This document shows, in pieces, positions 40,455 to 52,675 of a DNA stretch of 64,000 nt. The translations under genes were made by a program, and so were the position numbers. The notes under the pieces were generated by a model. The model worked only from the letters and a program-made list of their open reading frames with translations, was not told where the DNA came from and searched no databases. Source of the DNA: Octopus vulgaris (Eukaryota); assembly GCA_951406725.2 (NCBI GenBank), contig OX597816.1, positions 47,430,001-47,494,000 on the forward strand, in the 5' to 3' direction. Position 1 is the first letter of the stretch. Each line of letters starts with the position of its first letter.

Positions 40455-40848
40455 CTTTTGCTCTTTTACTTGTTTCAGTCATTTGACTGTGGTCATGCTG
40501 GAGCACCGCCTTTAGTCAAGCAAATCGACCCCAGGACTTATTCTTTATAAGCCTGGTACTTATTCTATCAGTCTCTTTTGCTGAACTGCTAAGTTACGGG
40601 GACATAAACACACCATCATCGGTTGTCAAGCGATGTTGGAGGGACAAACACTGAGACACAAACACACACACACACATATATATACATATATACGACAGGT
40701 TTCTTTCAGTTTCCATCTACCAAATCCACTCACAAGGCATTGGTCAGCCCGAGGCTATAGTAGAAAACACTTGCCCAAGATGCCACACAGTGGGACTGAA
40801 CCTGGAACCATGTGGTTGGTAAGCAAGCTACTTACCACACAGCCACTC
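40455..40848 (-). mobile_element. SINE family A
   Basis: Full-length reverse copy. Confidence 0.9.
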
Positions 40849-41495
40849 ACTGGTATTTATTTTTTAAGAAGACTTCTAGTTATCTGTGATATCAGTGACT
40901 GAAAAGACACTGATATTCTATATATTGTGGTAGCAAGAATTTGCTGGTATGCAGTGACTGAACACTTGCCTCTGACAAATCACAATAGGCTGAAATCATG
41001 TGATCTGGCAGTTCCAGTGCCAATGCCAGATGATTCTTTGTCTGTTACAATGTGTAACTGTGCTTTTATGCATCATGCATCTATATGAAATAACCTCTCA
41101 AGTCAAATACCACAGTATACAATGTTCTAATGATACATCTACATTAAGCTGGAAGTGAAGATTATCTTTTTGTATTGATACTACTTCTGTCACTAATATT
41201 TATTTCTTGAATTGAAGTAAATTAAAGTAAATTCATCCTTCATAATACCGGTTCTGGAGGTTCACATGTTTTTCTTAGAGATCACATGGTGCCATATTTC
41301 ATTTCCTTCTGATTGTTGCTACTTGGCAGTGGCTGCTGGCTAATGTATATATCATTATTATATATCATATATCATTATGTGTATCATGATTATTATCTAT
41401 CATTATCATTCCTCACAGTAATATCAACTAATTCACCTGGCATTAATAATATATATTATTTTTATATATTTATATATGATACATCATTATACACA

Positions 41496-41526
<31 letters not shown>

Positions 41527-41529
<3 letters not shown>

Positions 41530-42515
41530 TAGTCTTATTTTTATCACGTGCTTTCACTGCACTACTGAGTGCAGTTCTGTGTGCCTTGTGGTTTGTTGTG
41601 ATGCTCTTATGGTTACTGTATCAATACATAAGTGTTTTATGAAGGATGTGTGCAGTGCCTGATAGTGCTATTTTCTGTACGTTATATATACTTGTTAGTC
41701 CTGGTGTTTTTGTCATGCATTTGTCTGAATGTTTTTTTTTATCATACCTAATGCACCTACTATAATAGGAATTGTTTCTGTTTTTAGATTCCACATTCGA
41801 GTTACCTCTGTTTCCAAGTCTTTGTATTTTGAAAGTTTCTCCATTTCTTTTAGAGTAACATTGTCATCTGTTGGTATTGATACATCAATTAGAAAGCATT
41901 TTTCTTCATGATCTCTAACAACTATATCTGGCCTATTGGCCTTAATTTATCTATCAGTATGTATTGGCATATCCCATAGTATGGTTGCTTTCTAATTTTC
42001 TGTGACCTTCTGTGGCATGTGCCTATTCAACCTTTTTTCTGTTGTTATTCCATAATGTTGGCATAGCTTCCAGTGTATATAGATCCTAACTCTGTCATGT
42101 CTGTGAATATATTCCTTCTTAGTCAGGACTGGGCAGCCAGAGACAATATGGTTTATTGTTTCTTGTCCATCTCTACATATTCTGCAGTTACTTATTATGT
42201 TTCTTTTCATTATATGTTTATGGTAATTTCTGGTAGAGAGGTTTTGGTCTTGTGCTGCAGTTAAAAATCCTTCAGTCTCTACTTTGAGTTCTGAGCTTCT
42301 CTGCTGTTGCAGGGATTTTGCTTTGTCTATTTCTTTTGTGTTTAGTTTAATCCAGTAATTGCCATGAAGGGGCTTTTCTTGTCATCATTTTATCATGATC
42401 CATTGCTGTTCCTGCTTTAGTTTGGATTTCTGTTGTCATACAGCTTTTGTTGTTTCTTCATTTTCTTCATAGTTGTTAGGTACTATGACTTCTTTTTTGT
42501 ATTTGTCAGTTTCCT
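41527..42515 (-). mobile_element. R4/Dong-like RLE LINE 3' remnant ending in (TAA)n
   Basis: CRICRDGQETINHIVSGCPVL...RHDRV knuckle; WDMPIHTD..IKANRPDIVV...LIDVSIP...KLSKYKDL...IIVGALG PD-(D/E)xK nuclease. Confidence 0.85.
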
Positions 42516-42824
42516 TAAAGACTAGAGAGAGCAGTGCATGCCATCAAAGTGACACTGGGGTAAAATATACGAAGCCCAGTATACCCATTATGACTACCTG
42601 TCTGATGAGGGTACTCCAGGCACATGCATCACAACCATATCTGCACAACATTATTATTATTACCATTATTATTATTAACATTAGAAAAGAAGGGAATTAG
42701 AAAATATGGTGGAGTGACACAAACAGGTTGCTGGAATTAAACAGTTAAGTTATTATTATTTTTAATGCAGTGAGCTTTGAGAAAAGAATTGGAAATAATT
42801 ATATGATGAAGAGGTAGTATTCAT

Positions 42825-43290
42825 TTCAAATTTTGGCACAAGGCCAGCGATTTAGGAGGAGAGGGTAAGTTGATTACATCGCCCCCAGTACTCAACTAAT
42901 ACTTATATTATCAACCCTGAAAGGATGAAAGGCAAAACCTATCTTGGCAGAATTTGAACTCAGAATGTAAAGATTAATGAAATGCAGTTCACTTGGCATG
43001 GTAATGATACTGCCAGCTCACCACCTTAAAGAAAAGCAATAATATCAATCAATGATTAATATTTTAATGAAGTCAAAGGAGGCATGCTGGCAGAATCGTT
43101 AGCACACTGGGCAAACTGCTTAGCAGCATTTTGTTTGTCTTCATGTTATAAGTTCAAATTCCACTGAGGGTCAACTTTGCCTTCCATCTTTTCGGGATCA
43201 ATAAAATAAGTACCAATTGAGCACTGGGGTTAAAGCAATTGACTTACCTCCTTCCCAGAATTGCTGGCCTTGTGCCAAAATTTGAAATCA
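42825..43290. mobile_element. Head-to-head pair of SINE family B copies (42825-43027 -, 43078-43290 +)
   Basis: Both match family B; about 50-bp spacer. Confidence 0.75.
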
Positions 43291-45269
43291 ATATCTTAAT
43301 GAAGTCAATATTTATGAAAGGAAACTCTGTTGTATTTGACCACCAGAGTGAAGCATAAATTTCACTGATTTTGTCAAAGTTGTAACAAGAGAATCATTAA
43401 GTAAATGTATAACACATTTCTGTCTCAATAGGCATCACTAGCACAGCGGTTGTCCTACACTGACTCCAATATGTGTAAGACTTAGACATAAGCAAAGAGT
43501 AGAAAATATTTATGACCTCATGTAATTTAAATAATTTAAACAAAAATGAGCCAAGAGAAATAACTCAGTGTAGCCAGGGGTATGAATATGGACAATAAAG
43601 ATGAATAAAGGTATATTAAATACCATACAAGAAAAATTTTTGATTTATTGAAATTATTTCCCTTTGACAGAAAAGTAAACTAGTAACCTCATAGCAATTG
43701 CAACCAGTTCTAAATGAGAAGGGGAGGTGATCTCAACAATCAAGGATTCTCCAGAACTGGTATGCCATTAAGGAAAAGATAATCTGATTGCCTGGAGATA
43801 AGAAAAAGCTGTGAGCATGTCTTTCTGCAGAAATAGGTTGATTTTTCTCTTTCTCTTTCTGTTTGCTTGTCTTTCAGAAATCAGCTGTGATTAGACCTGG
43901 AAGGTGAGGTGTTTGGTCAGGTCAACAAATATCCAAGCTAAACTGTATACCACTACAGGGCCTCTACACTTCCATTAAGGAGTTGCATGCTGAGGGCAAA
44001 ATAAGACATTGCTTAAAGTGCTAAAAAGTGTTATGGGATACGATTACTTTTCAAAGGATTATGTAAAAAAAATAAAGAAACTGTTAAAATTTCTTTAAAA
44101 TAGAGATGGACATACACATTGCATTTTTTTCTCAAAGGAAATCACAATGTCTGGTGTGATGCATGAAAAAAATATGCAAGCTTTCTAAACATCCTGACAT
44201 TTTCTGACTCACCTCAAAGACTTGTGGCACACAGGTGTGCTGTGGAACAATGATTGATATCACCTGCTCTTATGGCTTATTAGAGGTAGTAGATACTCTC
44301 TATTGATTAATTGCTATAATTCATTCTGGAAGGGAAGCTAACTGCTGTTGATGCTTAACCCCAGAACAACTGTAATGAAGAATGTTCTCCAACATGATTT
44401 ATCTTCCATCTCCCACACTGTGTATGCTATATTATAGACACAATGCGATTATAAACAGCAAATAGTTGAGCCAATCAAGAAGCCTCTATGTGGTCATTTG
44501 GTCTGTTAGAAATAGCAGCTAAATCTCCTTCAAATAAGATAAAATTAATCTTTAAAAAAATGATACATTAGATAATGTAGCCATAGGTTTCCTGGATATG
44601 AGTAAAAGACGAGATGGTTGCAACCAAAATGACTTTGATCAAAGGCCTGCTTCATTAAGTTTGACCTGGGATTAAACAACAACATGTACTATTTATTAAC
44701 TTAGTCAGTTGAACTAGAACTTAAGTCTTTCATAAGGTTAAAAGTTTATTCTTTTCAACTATTTCATGACCATATTTCTTTTGAAATTCACTACTAATGG
44801 TGTCTTCATTAATTTTGAAAATAATCAAGAATCTGATGGGATTTAGCCAATTAATTAAGTTTTAGATTTACTTCAATATCAAATTGGTGCTTAGAATGTA
44901 ACTTACAAGAAGGTTCTTATATAAAATTATGAGAGAAAGATTTAAATTAGACATGACTACTTTAAAACAGTCAGTTTTGTATCAAAGAACCAGGGTAAGT
45001 CTCAGATGGATCGGTGTCAAAAGGGACAAAGATTAAATGTATTTCAGAATGAAAGGGTGTTGGTAGAGGGGAATTTCAGTTTGTGCTTCTATTCTTTTTG
45101 TGAAATTAATCTTAATCAAGTAGAAATAGAGAAACTAACTGGAAAATTCTTCAATGAAGAAATTATGAATTCAACAATTTGTTGAGTACAAATTCAGCTA
45201 ATAATGGCTCTGTCTAGTTTTGAACTTAGTAATTTAAGTCATCCATGACAAGCTGCAGTTCTTGTTGTG

Positions 45270-45552
45270 ATGTGGTGGCATGAGTGCCTGAGAGCTGTGC
45301 CTGTTGAGTGCAAACTCCTTGTAGAGCCTTCAATGCTGGACAGGTTAAAGGATAGATGCCGAACTAATATGGACCACCTGTTTCTAGAAGTAAAACTGGG
45401 TTTGCATAGGGCCAACACCCTTGCCTTGAAACCAACAAGGCCTGGAAGAGGAAGCAGAATAGACAGCCCAGGGTTGAGAACATTGGAGAAAAGTAGTCAA
45501 TGGCTGTGCTCCCAAGGGGACGAGTGCTTAAATGCTTAAATAAGTAAGTAAG
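45270..45552 (+). mobile_element. Possible non-autonomous RTE-related retroposon with (TAAG)n tail
   Basis: GGGTTTGCATAGGGCCAACACCC block and 3' TCCCAAGGGG...TAAGTAAGTAAG tail; GC-richer than flanks. Confidence 0.35.
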
Positions 45553-47879
45553 AAAGTATGTAGACAAGTAATTTAAGTTATAAAACTTAAATATATAGCT
45601 GACATTGTATCAAAATTTAAGGTGTTTACTAAACTCTCTGGTATTGATAAGGGAATGGCTAGGGACTACATGCTAAATGATACAAGGTATCATAGATAAA
45701 TTAGCACAAATGAAATTAGGGGAATAAGAGATTGACAGTTGGACAATATGAGAGGTTACAATAGGTAGAAAAAAACATTCAAAAGGTGGTGGATATGATG
45801 TAAACATGAAAACAAAATTAACATAATTTTACACCATGGAAAAAGAAGGGAAAAGTAGACTACTGTTTCTGGTGAATCCTTTACCAAAGTAAAGTAAGAA
45901 AGAAACATGCAAGAAAAAAAGAAACAAGGAAAGAAATGAAACCTATTTGAAGCACATTTATTTATGTGAAGCATTAGTAGAGTCATCAGAGCATCACACG
46001 GAATAGTATATGACAATTGTTGTGACTTTCTGCACATTGAGTTCAAATTCAGTTAAGGTCAACTTTGCCTTTCATTTTTTTTTTTCAGGATCAATAAAGT
46101 GCCACTTCAGCACTGAGGGTGATTCTTTTCCTGTCTCCCTTTCTTACTTTCACTTTCTTTTTTCTAGAATAAATTTACTATACTCATTTCTTGGAGAGGG
46201 ATGGCTTAAACCTCTGGGACATTATGCCCAAGAAAAAAGTCTATGATGGTGATAACTGAAACTCCTGTGGTCTTAGGTCTCCACAATTAGAGCTGTCATG
46301 GGATTAAACAATAATAACATCTACAGGTTGATTGACACATAGAGAAATAGAACTGGAATCAACTACAACAACAAAATAATAAAGAATATAAAATCTTAAA
46401 TGGTGAGTCCAAATATCAGAATATTAGGTCTCAAAGACAAATCACAAAGGATGAAGATGACTAGTGATTCTCCATACTGTGAACCAGTTCAAACCTTGTT
46501 ATATATCTAGCTCCAACTAAAATGACATTCTGTATTCAGAAAGAAAGTATCTTTATTAGCTAATAGCTCAGATATTTTAGGTGCAATACCGAAATACTAC
46601 TAATTACTGTTATAAGATGGTTAAAGTTTATATTCCCATACTGTAAGTTTACATTTAATGAGTTTGTGATACAGACAATACAGTCTAGTATCTAGATCTA
46701 ATGTTACACCCAGAAAGTGTGCTACTTTACAGTAATGCACTAAAGAAACAGAAAGTCCTGTGTTTTTAAAGAATTTTCTCAGTTTTTTTCCTATTTCTCT
46801 CTAGTATTATGTTACTGCATTTATAGAAAGTGAACAAAGCATCATCCTTATAAAAACTGCCCTCCATTTCCGGTAACTCCTATTTGATGTAATGTAAAAT
46901 GTAAATACTTATGAGACCAGTAAACTGTACTGCAATACTTAGAGGTATCTATTTGTGTAAATTTAATATCTACTTTCTTGATGTATCCTTAGACCAATCA
47001 ATTACTTCAAAAGTGTTTGACTGCAAGCTGAGTTCTATTTTCCTGTTAAGTATAAAAAAAAAATACAGTTGATTCTTTTTATTTACTTATCTTTTTTATG
47101 TCAGACTTTGACAGACAAATGAGTCTAATTTTATTTTAGTTTCTTTCAAATCTCTTCTCTGTATCAACTTTTCTTTATCCTGTTTTTAGCATTCAGATTA
47201 CTCTGTCTAGGGCAATGCTTATATAATCAGATCATTTTGAATCAATCATGCATTAACTTCAAGATATCAAGAATGTGGTTGTTTATTTTTAGAATGACAT
47301 TGTAGGATAGGTGTGAGAGGCCAGATCAGGTTGATTTGAACATAAAACAGGTAGAATATTTGAACCGGATATGGCTGGCTTAAATGCTAAAGAATTGTAC
47401 TACTCCTCCATTACAGGCATTTTCGTGGTTGTTGTAGTAAGCTGCTATTTCTCTGTATTTAGCAGATTCTTTTCTAAATAGACTTGATAACCTCCTGACC
47501 TGTCAGGAGCCTATGTGCTGGTGGTGTTTGTACTAAATCAAAGAAAGTAATCTGATATATTCCTTACCTGCATAGTCCATCTCCTGAAATATCTGGAATG
47601 AGATTGGTACCCACTGGTTAATTTACAACTCTGATACTCTGCAAACTAACATCCCTCATCATCATAAACACAACACACACATACACATATATATATGATG
47701 GGCTTCTTTCAGTTTCCATCTACCAAATCCACTCAAAGGCTTTGGTCGGCCTGAGGCTATAATAGAAGACATTTGCCTATAGTGCCACACAATGGGAATA
47801 AACCTGGAACTATGTGGTTGGTAAGCAAGCTACTTACCACACAGCCACTGCTGTGCCTAAAAGCAGACCAGCCACCGGA

Positions 47880-47952
47880 TGCCAAAACCCAGGATTGAAC
47901 AAGTGGCCTTTAGATCTTCAGTCTAATGCTCTCCCATCTGAGCTATTCCAGC
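47880..47952 (-). pseudogene. Degenerate tRNA-Phe(GAA) copy
   Basis: Minus strand GCTGGAATAGCTCAGATGGGAGAGCATTAGACTGAAGATCTAAAGGCCACTTGTTCAATCCTGGGTTTTGGCA aligns with metazoan tRNA-Phe; substitutions (partly CpG decay) weaken the T and D stems. Confidence 0.85.
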
Positions 47953-47959
47953 TCACTTG

Positions 47960-48152
47960 TTAAAAGTTATGACTGGTCATAGAGTGAGCATTGGTTTTGC
48001 ACCCATAAAACACTTAGCAGTTAAGGTGACTTGTCAGGCTCAAATGGCTGAAGGTGACACCTTCAGCCATTTGAGTTTGATGAGTCACCTATCCTGCTAA
48101 GCGCTTTATAGGTGTGAAACCAATGGTCACTATCACTGGCCATAACTTTTAA
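47960..48152. mobile_element. 193-bp fold-back, each arm carrying a degenerate type-I hammerhead
   Basis: Centre at 48057; right arm GAGT TTGATGA GTCACCTAT...ATAGGTGT GAAA CC AAT GG TC ACT (48073-48131); left arm (reverse complement) has CTGACAA...GCAAAA. Confidence 0.7.
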
Positions 48153-48375
48153 TTTCCTAAAAAATACATAACTGTGTAATGCTTTACAGTATGCTTCCTT
48201 TTTGGATATATGAATTATTAGTGAGTGGTTGGCATTAGGAAGGGCATCCAGCTATAGTAACTTTGCCAGATTGGATTGGAGCCTGGTGCAGCCTTCTTTC
48301 TTGCCAACCCTCAGTCAAACCGTCCAGCCCATGCCAGCATGGAAAACAGACATTAAACGATGGGGACAATATATA

Positions 48376-48835
48376 CAAGTCGTTTTTGACTTATGACCAC
48401 AATTGGTTCTGACTGACTGGTCATAAGTCGATTTGGTTGTAAGTTGGCCTATAGACCTACATTGCTTTGTTTTATATTCTTACATTCTTAAGGTAAATTC
48501 CCAGGTAAAAGTCACACACAAAATTCTGTCTTATACTACAGGAATGTTATTTGTTCACAGAAAAGTACCAAAGAATGAAAATACAAGAAATATATAATGT
48601 AGTGTAAGAAACAGTTGTAAAACTTATATAAAAAATTATTGTAGATTGGTGCTTGGCTGTGGATCTTCGATGTTGATTGTTAGCTGACATCATCTGTAGA
48701 TGGGTTAATTTCTAAGAAATTAAACCCACTAGATTTCAACTAGGCTATTTATTATTGCTGCTGGGAGCTGGTGTGCCAATCGCTGTAAAGTCGATCAGTC
48801 ATAAGCCAAATAGGTCATAAGTTTATGACAACCTG
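48376..48835. mobile_element. Tigger/pogo-like MITE
   Basis: TA-flanked degenerate TIRs CAAGTCGTTTTTGACTTATGACC / GGTCATAAGTTTATGACAACCTG with subterminal repeats. Confidence 0.6.
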
Positions 48836-50569
48836 TACATATAGTTGGGCTTCTATTTAGTATTCATCTGTCAAATTTCACTCACAAAGTATTGTGAGTG
48901 AAATTTGACAGATGAAAGCATTGATTGACTGAAGACTCAAGCACAAGACACTTTTCCAATTGCCAAAGATGCTATGCAGTGGGATCAAACATGAGACCAA
49001 GTGGTTGCAGAACAAACTTGCTAACCACAGAAGACTGCAATTACACTTGAAGGAATAAATTTACCATTTGTAGATGTTGTTCCTCAATTTTGGTGCGGGT
49101 GAACTAAGGTGATTGTAGTACAAGTAAGTAAATATATAAGTAAAGTTAGTCTAACAAAAATAAAATAAAAATAATAACCCTTCCCTTGATAAAGAATGTT
49201 GTGACTATATTTAGCTGTTTTATAAAGTGTATATAGTTATCAAAGCAAATGGAAGTTGTTTGTTGTTATAGTTATTGAAATAGTTATTGAAACAATTTTG
49301 GATGAATAAGAATACAGTTCAATAAGGCAACTTGGCCTCTTAACTTTATCACATTCTCTCCCTTTATCTCTCTATTCATCTCTCTCTTCTTGCTCTCTAT
49401 GTTTCTCTCTCTCTTTATCTTTTTTAAATGTTGGTTTGTATTTGTGTTGAAGTATCAACTGATAAATCAATGTAAACTACAAAATCCTAATATGTGATAT
49501 CTAATAATATCCAAATATTTGGTAACTAATCACATATCTATTAAATCAATAATCAATGTCCAATTAACTGTGACATTATGTTCATGTATACATCCCTCCT
49601 TTATTGGTTTTCAATAATTCTTCCCCCAAAACTGTACCAGCCTTTTAGGTGCCATATCAATTTAATTTATCAACACTTAAACATTGTAGCTATGATAAGA
49701 GAGGTGCTTAATTAATTCATCAATCAATCAATTGATTTCTAAGTCAATTCAATGCTGTATATAAATTTTTTGTAGAAAGTGTTTCTATTTAATTAAAAAA
49801 AAATTAACAAACCATAAAACAAAACAATAATCAACAAAAAATATAATTAAATCATTGTTAGAACTGACAAAAAGAAAAAAAGAAAAGAAATCTTCCTCTT
49901 GTTTTATAGTTTTTGAGATGAGAATTTTTTAAAGCAAATATTTAGGCCATTGATTTCTTGATTTCTTTTAGTTGAGTTGCACCATAGCCACTTTATAAGT
50001 CCTAAAGTATTCATTTATTTCAACATCTGACAAAACAATGAAACAAAACTGAATAATTTGTTCAGGAAGGAAAGAGGATGTTAGTTGGTTATATCATTGT
50101 TAAATAAATAAAACGTTGGAGTCTAAACATACAAATATAGAACTTCTGTTTTGTGACTACAACTAGCACCAACTGAAACTAAAATTCCTATAAATAAATC
50201 ACTCTAAATATCAATGGTAAATAAGATATTTTTTTCTTGAATGCTTTGAAAGATATGATCAGTTGATTGCAAAACTGCAAATATATTCTCTTTTTTTCAA
50301 TTTGTATTTTTGTTTGAAGTTACCTCAGAGAAAATGAACTTTTGAAGAAAGTGAGAATATATTCTAATTCTATAACGACTACATTATTGCTTTCCAGATG
50401 TGACAATTCGAAAACAGTGTCTGTATAACAGATAATTAAATGTACACGCAAAACTAGACAAAATTACGTAAAGTTATTCTTATAAAATAAAAGTCTTTGA
50501 ACTATGTCTCTTTCATAAAGCTATCATGTTTTATACCTTTCTATTTTACATTCAGGTAAGCAAAATTTT

Positions 50570-50814
50570 ACAGTTCTGTATTTAAGAGATGAGGAGGAAT
50601 TATGTATATTATTTACATTTGACGGATACTTGTCCTCATCTTGTTTGTTGTTAATGCAACATTTCAGCTGATATACCCTCCAGCCTTCGTCAGGTGTCTT
50701 GGGGAAATTTCGAACCTGGGTTCTCATTCCTAAGGTACTTTTCGGGCACATGGCGTAGTGTTTAAGAGCACAGGTTACTAACCCCAAAATTCTGAGTTCA
50801 ATTCCAGGCAGTGA

Positions 50815-50898
<84 letters not shown>

Positions 50899-51048
50899 CA
50901 ACAACAACAACATTAAAAAAGACTTTAGGAATGAGAACCCAGGTTCGAAATTTCCCCAAGAGACCTGATGAAGGCTGGAGTGTATATCAGCCAAAACATG
51001 TTAACAACAAACAAGATGAGGACAAATACCCATCAAATGTAAATAATG
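50570..51048 (+). mobile_element. TSD-bounded composite: inverted tail copy + tRNA-like head + (AAT)n + hammerhead-bearing tail
   Basis: TSD AAGCAAAATTTT 50558-50569/51049-51060; head 50744-50816 with A/B boxes; hammerhead motifs at 50653-50698 (-) and 50960-51005 (+). Confidence 0.8.
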
Positions 51049-51351
51049 AAGCAAAATTTTGCTATAACAATTTAATATTAAAAGAATATAGCAAAATATA
51101 TTTCAGTTATATATTTTTAAGAAAATAAAAAGCAAATCATTTTCTAATTAGCTCTTGTTCCATAGCTGTAGCATTATAATTTTATCTTCTAATTTATTCC
51201 CCAGAAAGTTATCCCTTCCACTACTTTGATTTCACCATATCTTTCTTACACTTTTTCAACATTATGCTAACTTAAATTAACCTCAGGAAATACAGTGGTC
51301 ACCTCTCTTCCCACTCCTTCTTCTCTTGAAGATCCTCTAAAACAATGATTT

Positions 51352-51730
51352 CAAATGGGGGACTATAGTATAATTCTACAAATGTCATGAAGACAATATT
51401 CTAGACTATATTCAGAGAAAGGTTATTTGACTGATTAAAAGGGTAATTTTAATTCGGTGATGAATGACCATGGAATTACACAAGTCCAGATAAGGTTGTT
51501 TATGAAAGACCAGCAGTTGTCCATGCAAATGAGGGACTATAGTATAATTCTACAAATGTCATGAAGACAATATTCAAAGACTATATTCAGAGAAAGGTTA
51601 TTTGACTGAAAAAAAAAAAGGTAAAAACCTCCTTCAGTGATGAATGACCATGGAATTGCACTTAGAAAGTTACCCTCTGAGGCACAAGTCCAGGTAAGGT
51701 TGTTTATGAAAGACCAGCAGTTGTCCATGC
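51352..51730. repeat. Imperfect tandem duplication (~175/204 bp) spanning a SINE junction
   Basis: GGGACTATAGTATAATTCTACAAATGTCATGAAGAC...GACCAGCAGTTGTCCATGC at 51352-51526 and 51527-51730. Confidence 0.85.
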
Positions 51731-52039
51731 ATACTAGCCTCCCTTCTCCATGCCGCCAATGTTATCCAAGAGAAAGGCAAAGCCAATGCAGTTTGGCACC
51801 AGTGATGGCACAACTGGAGCAACATGAAAGAAAGTGCTTTGCTCAAGAACACAATACACAACCTGGTCTAGGAATCGAACTCACTACCTCCTGATTGCGA
51901 GCCATTCATAGTCATGGTCCACAGGTGTGCTGTCTCATCCCCCTGTCTTTTCTATCACTGCTATGATGGGCTCTCCTTCACAGAGCTGGCTAGTCTCATA
52001 CCTCCTCTACTCAGGAGTGCCTCTTATTTCTTTTATTTC

Positions 52040-52675
52040 TTTTCTTTTACTTGTTTCAGTCATTTGACTGTGGTCATGCTGGAGCACTGCCTTTAGTCGA
52101 ACAAATCGACCCCAGGACTTATTCTTTGTTAGCCTAGTTCTTATTCTATCGGTCCAATTTGCTGAACTGCTAAGTTATGGGGACATAAACACACCAGCAT
52201 CGGTTGTCAAGCAATGTTGGGGGTGGGGGACAAACACACACACAAATGCACACACACACACACACACATACACACAAACACACATATACACACGATGGGC
52301 TTCTTTCAGTTTCCATCTACCAAATCCACTCACAAGGCTTTGGTTGGCCTGAGGCTATAGTAGAAGACACTTGCCCAAGTGTCTTTTACTATAGCCCCAA
52401 GCAGACCGAAGCCTTGTGAGTGGATTTGGTAGACAGACACTGAAAGAAGCCCATTGTATATATGTATATATATATATGTGTTTGTCCCCCCAACATCACT
52501 TGACAACCGATGCTGGTGTGTTTACGTCCCTGTAACTTAGTGGTTCAGCAAAAAAAAAAAACCGATAGAATAAGTACTAGGCTTACAAAGAATAAATCCT
52601 GGGGTCGATTTGCTCGACTAAAGGCGGTGCTCCAGAATGGCTGCAGTCAAATGACTGAAACAAGTAAAAGAGTGA
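52040..52675. mobile_element. Two headless SINE A copies fused as a spacerless inverted repeat
   Basis: Minus copy 52040-52373 and plus copy 52376-52675 meet at AGACACTTG-CC-CAAGTGTCT. Confidence 0.9.

Noticed and set aside
42570-42620. CTGATGAG hammerhead candidate
   Set aside because: No correctly placed GAAA or closing stems.
47880-47952. Functional tRNA-Phe gene
   Set aside because: Multiple stem-disrupting substitutions; called a pseudogene pending tRNAscan-SE.
50744-50816. Functional tRNA gene
   Set aside because: Anticodon and acceptor stems pair poorly and there is no T-run terminator; treated as a tRNA-derived head.
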